From contig JAZJZC010000001.1 in assembly GCA_040390045.1 (NCBI GenBank), forward strand, positions 172,005 through 236,004: DNA of 64,000 nucleotides, written 5' to 3'. Origin of the DNA: Patescibacteria group bacterium (GTDB lineage: Bacteria > Patescibacteriota > Minisyncoccia > Phycocordibacterales > SIBU01). Position numbers and translations under genes: made by a program. Position 1 is the first letter of the stretch. The number at the start of each line of letters is the position of its first letter. Shown piece by piece: positions 18,333 to 26,740 of this stretch. A model generated the notes under the pieces. That model worked only from the letters and a program-made list of their open reading frames with translations, was not told the DNA's origin and did no database searches.

Positions 18333-19070
18333 ATGGACCCAATGTTAACCCTTATAACTTTTGCCACGTTTTTCTCAACCCTTCTCGGAGGTTTGTTTGC
18401 TTTACGCTTCAAAGACAGACTGCATCTTATTTTGGGCTTCAGCGCCGGCGCCGTCATTGGTGTTGCCTTTTTTGATTTGCTACCAGAAGCCATCGAACTT
18501 GGATCAAAAACCTACGGGTTTTCTACAACCACATCCGTGGTAGCGCTTGGTTTTATTTTGTACATGATTCTCGACAGACTCATTCTTTTTCATACTCATA
18601 CACATGATGCTGAGCACCCTGAAACTCATCGTCAGAACCGAGGAATTGTGGGCGCCAGCTCCCTTTCAGTGCACAGTTTTCTTGACGGGGTGGGAATTGG
18701 ACTGGCGTTTAAAGTTTCTCCAGCGCTCGGAGCAATTGTGGCCGTTGCAGTTCTAACCCACGATTTTTCAGATGGTATCAATACGGTTAACATGATTCTC
18801 AAAAACCATGGCGAATCGAAAAAAGCTTTCAAATGGCTTTTGGTTGATGCTCTTGCGCCGGTTGTCGGCGTAATTTCTACTATCTTTTTTACTCTACCGG
18901 AAAACGCGCTCGGCTTGTTGTTAGCTTTATTTTCAGGTTTCTTTCTCTACATCGGCGCAAGCGACCTTTTGCCTGAAAGCCACCATGCCCATCCAACCAT
19001 TTGGACAACTTTCATGACGGTTGTTGGCGTAGCGGTGTTATTTCTCACAATCAAGCTAGCAAATATTTAA
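18333..19070 (+). CDS. ZIP family metal transporter
   Basis: DLLPEA, His-rich loop, HSFLDG and HDFSDG motifs. Confidence 0.9.
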   Translation: MDPMLTLITFATFFSTLLGGLFALRFKDRLHLILGFSAGAVIGVAFFDLLPEAIELGSKTYGFSTTTSVVALGFILYMILDRLILFHTHTHDAEHPETHRQNRGIVGASSLSVHSFLDGVGIGLAFKVSPALGAIVAVAVLTHDFSDGINTVNMILKNHGESKKAFKWLLVDALAPVVGVISTIFFTLPENALGLLLALFSGFFLYIGASDLLPESHHAHPTIWTTFMTVVGVAVLFLTIKLANI

Positions 19071-19114
19071 TCCGCAAACATAGGATTTTTTTATATTTGT
19101 GGGATAATTCTTGT

Positions 19115-20197
19115 ATGGAAGATTCTTCTGTACGTCAAAAAATTAAAAAGCACGGAACTGCTATCGCCTTTGTTCTCGGATTTATTTGGGACAACATCAT
19201 GTTGAGCCAAATTGATCATGTCTTTGCCAACATCATGCTTGGTTCTTACTTGGTGATTTCAGCCTTCAGCATCTTGATCATGAACCTACCGTTTCACCCA
19301 GAGCGCCGGGTAAAAATTATAGAAAAAATCACTAAGTGGTTTCCACTCATTCTTCAGTTTTGTTTCGGTAGTCTTTTTTCCGCCTATATTATTTTTTACA
19401 CTCGTAGCGCCTCGATTTCAAACAACTGGCCGTTCCTACTTTTTTTAGTTCTCCTCGTCATCAGCAACGAACTTTTGCGCAAACGCTATCTTTCGATCAC
19501 CTTGCCCGTGAGCCTTTTCTTTACCGTGCTTTTTTCCTACAATATTTTTTCCCTGCCAATTCTTTTAAAATCAATGAGCGCGCTTATTTTTATATTGAGC
19601 GGACTCGCAACGTTAATCATCATTACAATTTTTATTTGGATTCTTTCTCGAATTGCGCCTGAAAAATATGCATCGAGTAAGCGCTCGCTCATTCTTTCTC
19701 TATCAGCAATTTATATTTTATTTAACGTCGCCTATTTCACCAACATTATTCCTCCCGTGCCTCTTGCGCTGAAAGAAATCGGTGTCTATCACTCGGTGAC
19801 GCGACTGGCAAATGGCGAATACACCCTGAGTTTTGAGCATGACAGCTGGTATCCTTTTATTTCCAATACCGATTCCACCTTTCATCAAAAACCAAATGAA
19901 TCTGTCTACGTCTGGAGCTCCATTTTTGCGCCGACGGATTTGACCGTACCAATCTATTATCGATGGCAGTATTTTGATGACGCACAAAAAAAATGGATCG
20001 AGACGGATTTAATTCAGTTGCCAATTTTCGGAGGCCGCGATGAAGGCTTCCGTGGCTACACAAAAAAATCTAACGTCCAGCCGGGTTTGTGGCGAGTCGA
20101 TGTTGAAACTAATCGTAAAAATCTTATTGGCCGAATTGAGTTTACCGTCGAGGATGCAATTGATCCCATCAACAGCATCGTGACGGAAACTAAATAG
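19115..20197 (+). CDS. DUF2914-domain membrane protein
   Basis: Multi-TM; IPPVPLALKE.GVYH and GGRDEGFRGY..K...PG.WRVDVET motifs. Confidence 0.8.
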   Translation: MEDSSVRQKIKKHGTAIAFVLGFIWDNIMLSQIDHVFANIMLGSYLVISAFSILIMNLPFHPERRVKIIEKITKWFPLILQFCFGSLFSAYIIFYTRSASISNNWPFLLFLVLLVISNELLRKRYLSITLPVSLFFTVLFSYNIFSLPILLKSMSALIFILSGLATLIIITIFIWILSRIAPEKYASSKRSLILSLSAIYILFNVAYFTNIIPPVPLALKEIGVYHSVTRLANGEYTLSFEHDSWYPFISNTDSTFHQKPNESVYVWSSIFAPTDLTVPIYYRWQYFDDAQKKWIETDLIQLPIFGGRDEGFRGYTKKSNVQPGLWRVDVETNRKNLIGRIEFTVEDAIDPINSIVTETK

Positions 20198-20227
20198 CGA
20201 AAAATTACGTTTCAACCCTAATTGCAC

Positions 20228-20271
20228 CACCTACATTAAGGAGTCACGGCCGTGACTCCTTAATGTAGGTG
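20228..20271. repeat. Perfect 44-bp palindrome (REP-like)
   Basis: CACCTACATTAAGGAGTCACGG/CCGTGACTCCTTAATGTAGGTG. Confidence 0.85.
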
Positions 20272-20363
20272 TAATTTTTTCTGAAAAAAATTTAAATTTT
20301 TAAAAAATAATTTTAAAACACAAAAAAATAGCCCGGGTAAAGCCGAGCTATGGACAAGAATAA

Positions 20364-21779
20364 TCATGAGGGGTGAGCAACGAGCTTTTCTGCAAACTGA
20401 CGCAAACGATCCGCTGTCTCGCGCATGTTGGAAGCAAGCGCCAAGCGAGCGACAGGCTGTTTCATTTCTTCACTCGCCCTGAAACCATCAGCCCAAAGAT
20501 TCAGATTGTGGACACTGAGACGGACAGCCTCAATCGCTGTTCGCGCCAACTTGGCAACCTCGCATGGCTGTTCCCTTCTTTTACCGCCATTAGGACCTTT
20601 TTCCGTTTTGTTACCAATAATCAAAGCCTCAAGACAGGCGGCTAAACCTCGACGGCCCAAATGCCCGCTCTCTTGAATCGCTTGTGCCAAAATCTCCTCC
20701 TGTTTTTCAGGCTTGACCTTAGCGAGGAGCACTCCGCAACCGAGCGGAAGTTTTTTCCCTTTAGGTTGAGAAGTGCTCAGAAGCTCGAACAGACTTGGCA
20801 CCAAGGCGCTCAGAGAAAGGTAATTCCGAACACTAGCTCCAGACATCGAAAAGTCCTTCGCTACATCATCGATGCTTCTGCCAGCCTTTTTCACCGCATA
20901 AATAATAGCGGTCGCGTACTCGTAGTGAGTGTGAGGTACAGCGTGCATATTCGACACAACTGACATCCGATGCTGATCTGCCTCGTCGATTGGATACCGC
21001 ATCGAAACTAACACTTTCGGTATGCGCTTTAATTGCGCCGCTCGCCAACGCCGCTCCCCATCGACAATCTCGGAACAAACCTTACCAGCGGCCTGATCTG
21101 GACCGAGTGGACAAATTAGAATCGCCCGCATCTGCCCCGTGAGCAAACTATTGCCCAATTCGTCGAGCGCGGCGTCGCGGAAAACTTTTCTCGGCTGACC
21201 TGCCCACGGTCTTAAGCAATCCACGTCCATCCAAAACTCACCTTTCGAATCTTCACCTTGAGATTTCTGAGGATATATCCTTGAAGACTTAACGAGTGTG
21301 ACGGGCGGAGGCTCGGGTGTTATCATCTCAGCTGGCTTATCAGGCAAAACGGATTCTGGATCCCACTTCTTACTGTCAACGACAATCTGGGCGTTGCTGA
21401 GCGAGTTGTAACCGTTTCCGTCAACGATCCACTTTCCTGAAACTTTATCGTCCAGATTACCAAAATATCCATCCTCGAGGGTTTGGACCCCGCCATCAGA
21501 CGAGAGTCGCAAAAGTTTAAAGTTCCCACGCTTATTGGCATTTTTTTGCCTGGATATTTCAAGGACGTTTCTTCTCGTTGGATCGATAGCCCCGCGATGC
21601 ACGGAGACATCAGGTTTTTCGGCGACAAATCCCGCGGCCAACAAAAACTCCACAGCCGCCGGGTCTGCCTCATGAGAACCCGAAGGAGATCTTCCAACCA
21701 ACCGGAGAACTGCGTGCCTCTCCGCCGGCAAGTATTCCGGAGCCACGCCATGACCATTGCCATTTCCTTTGTTGCTCAT
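20364..21779 (-). CDS. ParB/RepB/Spo0J-domain protein with long N-terminal extension
   Basis: GQPRKVF...L.ELG.S and IVDGERRWRAA arginine patch, followed by an HTH. Confidence 0.8.
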   Translation of the reverse strand: MSNKGNGNGHGVAPEYLPAERHAVLRLVGRSPSGSHEADPAAVEFLLAAGFVAEKPDVSVHRGAIDPTRRNVLEISRQKNANKRGNFKLLRLSSDGGVQTLEDGYFGNLDDKVSGKWIVDGNGYNSLSNAQIVVDSKKWDPESVLPDKPAEMITPEPPPVTLVKSSRIYPQKSQGEDSKGEFWMDVDCLRPWAGQPRKVFRDAALDELGNSLLTGQMRAILICPLGPDQAAGKVCSEIVDGERRWRAAQLKRIPKVLVSMRYPIDEADQHRMSVVSNMHAVPHTHYEYATAIIYAVKKAGRSIDDVAKDFSMSGASVRNYLSLSALVPSLFELLSTSQPKGKKLPLGCGVLLAKVKPEKQEEILAQAIQESGHLGRRGLAACLEALIIGNKTEKGPNGGKRREQPCEVAKLARTAIEAVRLSVHNLNLWADGFRASEEMKQPVARLALASNMRETADRLRQFAEKLVAHPS

Positions 21780-21863
21780 ATATTTCCCTCATGTTCAATT
21801 GTTAATGTTCAACTATTAAATTCCTTAATAAAGTTAATCACTGAAAGGGTTTCTTGGCAATAG

Positions 21864-21905
21864 AAAACGGCCCCGCTCCGATGTACATCGGAGCGGGGCC
21901 GTTTT
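21864..21905. terminator. Perfect 42-bp palindrome / terminator
   Basis: AAAACGGCCCCGCTCCGATGTACATCGGAGCGGGGCCGTTTT just downstream of the DsbB-family gene. Confidence 0.8.
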
Positions 21906-21910
21906 AAAAA

Positions 21911-22438
21911 TTAATTCTGAACCGCTCTCTTAGCGAGATAGCCGTGCAAAATAATTAAAGCGAACGCAGTCAAAGCCATCAAGGGAATTGTAATGTACCC
22001 AAAGACCGTGACAAATTGTTTGGCGCAAGAAACGCCAACGACACTGCAAGAAAGTTCTGGCACAAATCCCCACTGGAGCAAATAATGATAGATCGAATAC
22101 AAAATTCCAACACCCGAAAGTGCCAAACCGTAATCAAAAATTTTATTGTCTTTCTTGTACAGTGCTAGACCAAAAAGAATAGTTTGTGGATACATAAAAA
22201 TTCTTTGGAACCAACACAGATAGCACGGCTCGTAGCCCAAAATCTCAGAATAGGTCAGACTTCCTGAAGTCGCAACAAGGGCAACTAAAAACATCATCCA
22301 TAAGGCGCGCTTGGTAAAAAAATCAACAATTGATTTTCCCGTTCCGGTAAGAAGACAAAAAATAACAACCACGATAATCACCTGCCCTAAAAGGGTAGCC
22401 GAACCCAAAATTAAATTTACAAAATCGGGAGAAAACAT
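21911..22438 (-). CDS. Disulfide bond formation protein, DsbB/BdbC family
   Basis: SEI.GYEPCYLCWFQRIFMYP motif; second Cys pair; FGYITIP.M. Confidence 0.9.
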   Translation of the reverse strand: MFSPDFVNLILGSATLLGQVIIVVVIFCLLTGTGKSIVDFFTKRALWMMFLVALVATSGSLTYSEILGYEPCYLCWFQRIFMYPQTILFGLALYKKDNKIFDYGLALSGVGILYSIYHYLLQWGFVPELSCSVVGVSCAKQFVTVFGYITIPLMALTAFALIILHGYLAKRAVQN

Positions 22439-22442
22439 AACC

Positions 22443-22820
22443 TTAATTTGGAAGCGTACAACCGGTTTTATCTGCAAGGACACTCAGTTCCTGTTCACCA
22501 GTTGTTGAACTCATGTCTGGGAATATCCATGTTGGATACGAGTGAATTTCTTTTTCTATACAAATTGGAGTCTGGCCGTTAGCGTCGGGAGTTGAACATT
22601 CAACATAGGGAAGATATTTTTTCGCATTCCCAAACATTGATTTTTGCTTAGCGCAATGAGGACACCAAAATGCTCCGTAAAACGTAGCGCCTTTATCCTT
22701 CAAACACATAGCAAAACCGTCGTATTTACTTGGCGCGTTATTGGCATACACCAAACCACCAACAATGAGCACAAGGGCGACTATTCCAACAATCATAACG
22801 GTGCGATTTGATGTATCCAT
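22443..22820 (-). CDS. Membrane-anchored thioredoxin-like protein
   Basis: FYGAFWCPHC..QK..FG, YVEC and I.SYPTW motifs. Confidence 0.85.
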   Translation of the reverse strand: MDTSNRTVMIVGIVALVLIVGGLVYANNAPSKYDGFAMCLKDKGATFYGAFWCPHCAKQKSMFGNAKKYLPYVECSTPDANGQTPICIEKEIHSYPTWIFPDMSSTTGEQELSVLADKTGCTLPN

Positions 22821-22905
22821 ACTTTGTATTATTAACTAATTAGGAAAATTATAGCACATTGGTATGTGTTGTAAAAAGCGCCGAAAAACCTGCTAGAATA
22901 CCAGC

Positions 22906-23337
22906 ATGTCCAGTCAGTCTAAAAAAGTCTTAGTGTTCGGGGTTTTCGATATCCTGCACGATGGCCACAGGTATTTTTTAGAAAGCGCTAAAGCCTTAGG
23001 TGATAAGCTTTTTGTAGTACTAGCGCCAGATGAAGCAGTGCTCGATCTCAAAAAAAATCATCCGCACAATCCCCTCGCACTGCGCATGAAAAATTTAGAG
23101 ACGGAAAAAATTGCCGATCACATATTTGAGGGAGATAGCAAAAGTGGCAGTTGGAATATTTTTACTGAACTCATTCCAGATATCATAGCGCTTGGCTACG
23201 ATCAAGAACCTCTCGGAAAGGCTTTGGAAACTTTTCTCGCGCAAACAAAACACAACGTAAAACTGGTACGCCTATTCCCGCACAATGACGAAACGCTTCA
23301 CTCAAGCTCACTCCGCAAAAATTTGAAAAAAATATAG
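22906..23337 (+). CDS. Cytidylyltransferase-like (FAD synthase/TagD family) protein
   Basis: GVFDILHDGH, PDIIALGYDQ and HSSS motifs. Confidence 0.85.
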   Translation: MSSQSKKVLVFGVFDILHDGHRYFLESAKALGDKLFVVLAPDEAVLDLKKNHPHNPLALRMKNLETEKIADHIFEGDSKSGSWNIFTELIPDIIALGYDQEPLGKALETFLAQTKHNVKLVRLFPHNDETLHSSSLRKNLKKI

Positions 23338-23354
23338 TATAATTCTAGGAACAT

Positions 23355-23909
23355 ATGGAGCACGTGGACACCACAATTTTCTTCTGGTTCAATAGTGTTA
23401 TTGGGCGATCGGCCTTCGTTGATCAGATACTCATCTTTTTTGCTAACTACCTTGCGTATGTTTTAGGCGCCGCCTTTATGCTTTTTGTTATCTTTCAAAC
23501 GGCAACTCAAAAAGAAAGAATTTCAATACTGCTGTCGACGATTGTCACTGAACTTATCGGGATGGAAATTTTCTTAAAAATAATCAACGTTTTGTACGAG
23601 AGGCCACGACCCTTTATTACCCTGACTGAAGCCCGTCAACTATTTACAGAAGTAGGACCCTCCTTCCCATCGGGTCATGCCACTTTTTTCTTTGGATTGT
23701 CAGCGGTGCTTTTCCAATACAACAGAAAAATCGGCATCATATTTTTTATAGCAAGCACAGTCATGGTCATTGCGCGAGTGATGAGTGGAGTTCATTATCC
23801 ATCTGATATTATTGCAGGAGCGCTTTTAGGATCGACTGTAGGTCTCACAATACCTCTCGTAGTCAATCGCTTTAGTTTTAAATTAATGAATAGGATTTAC
23901 AAAAATTAA
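23355..23909 (+). CDS. PAP2 family phosphatase
   Basis: RPRPF, SFPSGH and ARV..GVHYPSD motifs. Confidence 0.92.
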   Translation: MEHVDTTIFFWFNSVIGRSAFVDQILIFFANYLAYVLGAAFMLFVIFQTATQKERISILLSTIVTELIGMEIFLKIINVLYERPRPFITLTEARQLFTEVGPSFPSGHATFFFGLSAVLFQYNRKIGIIFFIASTVMVIARVMSGVHYPSDIIAGALLGSTVGLTIPLVVNRFSFKLMNRIYKN

Positions 23910-23919
23910 TAGTAAAAAT

Positions 23920-25365
23920 ATGAAAAAATTTTACGCCAGTTTGTTTGCGAGTTTCATTTTCCTTACACTCCCCGTTTTTTCAATTCATGCAGACACTCCT
24001 TCCGTAGTTTCTTTCAGCGCGCCAACCAGTTTAGGATCCGGACAAGTCGGAGACTTTACCTGGACTATAAACGGCGGAGGACACTCAATCATCTTTTTTT
24101 GCCCACAAGGAGTGACGTTGCGATACGCTTCTACCAATCAATCATTTCCCTGTGATACCGCCACATCGATAAGCGGTGCCGCATCCGAAGGTGTGTCACT
24201 AAATGTTATAAACGTCAGTGGCAGTGGAAAAATTTTAACTGTGCGACTAACGCCCAAAGATGCCAGCGCGGTGAATTTTGATGCCGGAGCAAGAGAGGTT
24301 TCGCTCTATGTTAATCCTTCAGCAGAATCGATTGGAAACTTTTACACCACCGCAACCACCACGATTTCTGGAGCGGCCACCAATTTTTATTGGACATCTC
24401 CCTATCTCGGTGGTGTCAATTTTAAAATTGGTTGTAATAGTTTTATTGTTGCCACTTCGTCGTCCTACAATAACGGCGCTACTGTTCCTTGTGGTCAGGT
24501 TATTTTTCCAACCGACCTGCCGGGCTCAGGGTCTATGTCAATGTTGTTTAAAAATTCATCACAAGAAAATCTTCCGCTTGAAGTTACCATTCTGCCAGCG
24601 ATGTCACCGGGGGTCTACGATGGTGGCCGATCAAAAAGTATTCAATTGTCGGTCACCTCTGACGCTCAAAAAGCAATTTCTCTCTCCACTTTTTCTGTTT
24701 CGCGTCAAAAAATATTTTCCGGTGACTCTGTGGCCTTCAACTGGTCATTTGTTAACGGCTCGGGCGCTAATATAAAAATTTCCTGCGCGGCCGCTTTAAC
24801 CTACACCTTGATTTCAACGACAACAAGCACAACACTGCCATGCAATGAATTTCTGGCAACAACCACTTCGTTCGGTGCGACCGCCTCGACTTCCATTTTT
24901 TTCTTTAATTCAGAACCGAGCGATCAAGCCGCAATCGTTTCAATCTTTCCACAACTGAAAGACGGAACCTACACTGGCAGTAATGCGGCAAGTGTCAAAA
25001 TTACAGTACAACCAATTCCAAAATCTGGCACAATTTCTCCTGTGACAACAACCACTTCAACGATAGTAACCACACCTACAATTTCAACTCCTGTAATCAC
25101 AAACGTAACAACCGGCGGTAAAAATATTTTCAAGCGAGCACTTGATGTTGGTTCACGCGGCGCAGACGTTACGGCACTTCAAACCTTTTTCGCCAAAGAC
25201 AAAATAATCTACCCTGAAGGCTCGATCACCGGCTACTTCGGCCCGGCGACCAAGCGGGCTGTTGGAAGATTTCAAATTAAATTCGCCATCATTAAAACTA
25301 GCTCCGACCCTTCGTACGGTTTTGTCGGCCCTAAAACCCGAGCTCTTTTAAATTCTCAACAGTAG
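23920..25365 (+). CDS. Secreted Ser/Thr-rich protein with C-terminal peptidoglycan-binding domain
   Basis: Signal peptide; repeated Cys-containing beta domains; L.VGSRG.DV.ALQ.F..GYFGPAT..AV..FQ motif. Confidence 0.8.
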   Translation: MKKFYASLFASFIFLTLPVFSIHADTPSVVSFSAPTSLGSGQVGDFTWTINGGGHSIIFFCPQGVTLRYASTNQSFPCDTATSISGAASEGVSLNVINVSGSGKILTVRLTPKDASAVNFDAGAREVSLYVNPSAESIGNFYTTATTTISGAATNFYWTSPYLGGVNFKIGCNSFIVATSSSYNNGATVPCGQVIFPTDLPGSGSMSMLFKNSSQENLPLEVTILPAMSPGVYDGGRSKSIQLSVTSDAQKAISLSTFSVSRQKIFSGDSVAFNWSFVNGSGANIKISCAAALTYTLISTTTSTTLPCNEFLATTTSFGATASTSIFFFNSEPSDQAAIVSIFPQLKDGTYTGSNAASVKITVQPIPKSGTISPVTTTTSTIVTTPTISTPVITNVTTGGKNIFKRALDVGSRGADVTALQTFFAKDKIIYPEGSITGYFGPATKRAVGRFQIKFAIIKTSSDPSYGFVGPKTRALLNSQQ

Positions 25366-25389
25366 AAAGAGGAGAAACGTCGTAGAAAT

Positions 25390-25728
25390 TTAGGCAGTAG
25401 TCAAAGCCTGCACCTTTCCGCTAAACGTTTTAACCAAATCTTTAACCATATAGAAAAGCACAATAACCACGGCCACTGCTACAATCTGAATTATCAATCG
25501 GGTATTTAAAAATGCAGAAGTCATAAACTGCAAAAACTTTTGAGTTTCCAAAAGTGACGGCATATTTTTTAAGACATTTGGCACTGAAACAAAAAAACCG
25601 CACAGAGCTAGCAAGGTAGAAAAAATTGCTACCTTAGGAAGGAAGATTGCCGGCAATCTTTTCAAACCATACACAAACAGCACTCGTTGCATTATTTGTT
25701 GTTTTAAAAATTCTTCTTGTTTTGTCAT
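25390..25728 (-). CDS. Small 2-TM protein, possible anti-sigma factor
   Basis: Two TM segments; directly downstream of an ECF sigma gene. Confidence 0.55.
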   Translation of the reverse strand: MTKQEEFLKQQIMQRVLFVYGLKRLPAIFLPKVAIFSTLLALCGFFVSVPNVLKNMPSLLETQKFLQFMTSAFLNTRLIIQIVAVAVVIVLFYMVKDLVKTFSGKVQALTTA

Positions 25729-25758
25729 GTTAATAAAAATTAAAATAGTAATATTGGC

Positions 25759-26370
25759 TTAGGATGCATCGTTTTCACCCGGAGAAAAATCAACAACTTT
25801 TTTAATCTCCTTTTTGGCACGATGGATTCGAGCCCGTACCGCACCCAACGAAATCCCCTCCATTTGAGCAATATCCTTTTGCGATTTGCCTTCAACAGAG
25901 TACAACCGCAAGACTCGCCCTAAAATTACAGGCAACTTGGAAATGAGGGATAAAACGTAATCGGTGTCGAGTTTTTGTTCAAAAGAATTGATTTCGTCTT
26001 TAGATGGCACAAGCTCGGCAATCTCAGGATCCAGATCGCGTAAGTAGACGTTATCACCTTTAATTTTTTTGTATTTCGTAAAACAGGTATTGATGAGAAT
26101 TTTGTATCCCCAGGATTTAAAAGAAGCTCCTTCCTGGACCTTAAACTTGCTGGCATTTAAATATATTTTCACAAAGGCATCCTGAACGATGTCTTTGACC
26201 ATGTCAGGATCGTTTCTGATTATTTGGCCGGCCTTCCGGATGAAAGCTTCTTGGTAGCGATCTACTAGTATAGAAAACTTGTCAGGGTTTGAAACAGACA
26301 GGGCTAAAATAGCCTCGTCACTAACATTCGCTACTTCTGTATTTTGAACGGTATCGTTTAGTAGGTCCAT
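25759..26370 (-). CDS. ECF-type RNA polymerase sigma factor
   Basis: F..LVDRYQ, DIVQDAFVKIY, FKSW.YKI..N and DIA..EGISLGAV.ARIHRA motifs. Confidence 0.9.
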   Translation of the reverse strand: MDLLNDTVQNTEVANVSDEAILALSVSNPDKFSILVDRYQEAFIRKAGQIIRNDPDMVKDIVQDAFVKIYLNASKFKVQEGASFKSWGYKILINTCFTKYKKIKGDNVYLRDLDPEIAELVPSKDEINSFEQKLDTDYVLSLISKLPVILGRVLRLYSVEGKSQKDIAQMEGISLGAVRARIHRAKKEIKKVVDFSPGENDAS

Positions 26371-26611
26371 AGATATAACTCGAGGAGAGCCTGTCATAAG
26401 CAGACTCTCAAAGCGAGCTTCTTAATTATATCGACCGTCTTCCCTTTCTACAACACGCTGCTTTTTGAGAATGTTACAGGTTGAAAATATACCCTCATAA
26501 CCTTTGACAAAAAGCCTTTTTCTTGCTTTACTTATGCGCACTGAGCCGAGGGCTCTTTATTTATTTTCAAACTTTTAAAGGACGAAACGTAATTAAATAA
26601 CAAACTAATTT

Positions 26612-26730
26612 GGGCTTTCATTTTTGGATGAAATTCGAGGCGCACATGAGCACCGAAACGAATCGTACTCTTAGTACGCTGAGTGAGGAGCGGAATGTGC
26701 AACGACGAAGTTCGCCAAAAAGGAAAGCCC
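26612..26730. repeat. ~119-bp structured palindromic repeat (divergent member of the 33846/47312 family)
   Basis: Outer inverted repeat GGGCTTTC.TTTTTGG/CCAAAAA.GAAAGCCC; core TTGGATG...TTCGAGGCGC...GTAC..GTAC...GCAAC..GAA. Confidence 0.65.
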
Positions 26731-26740
26731 CCAACGCAAA

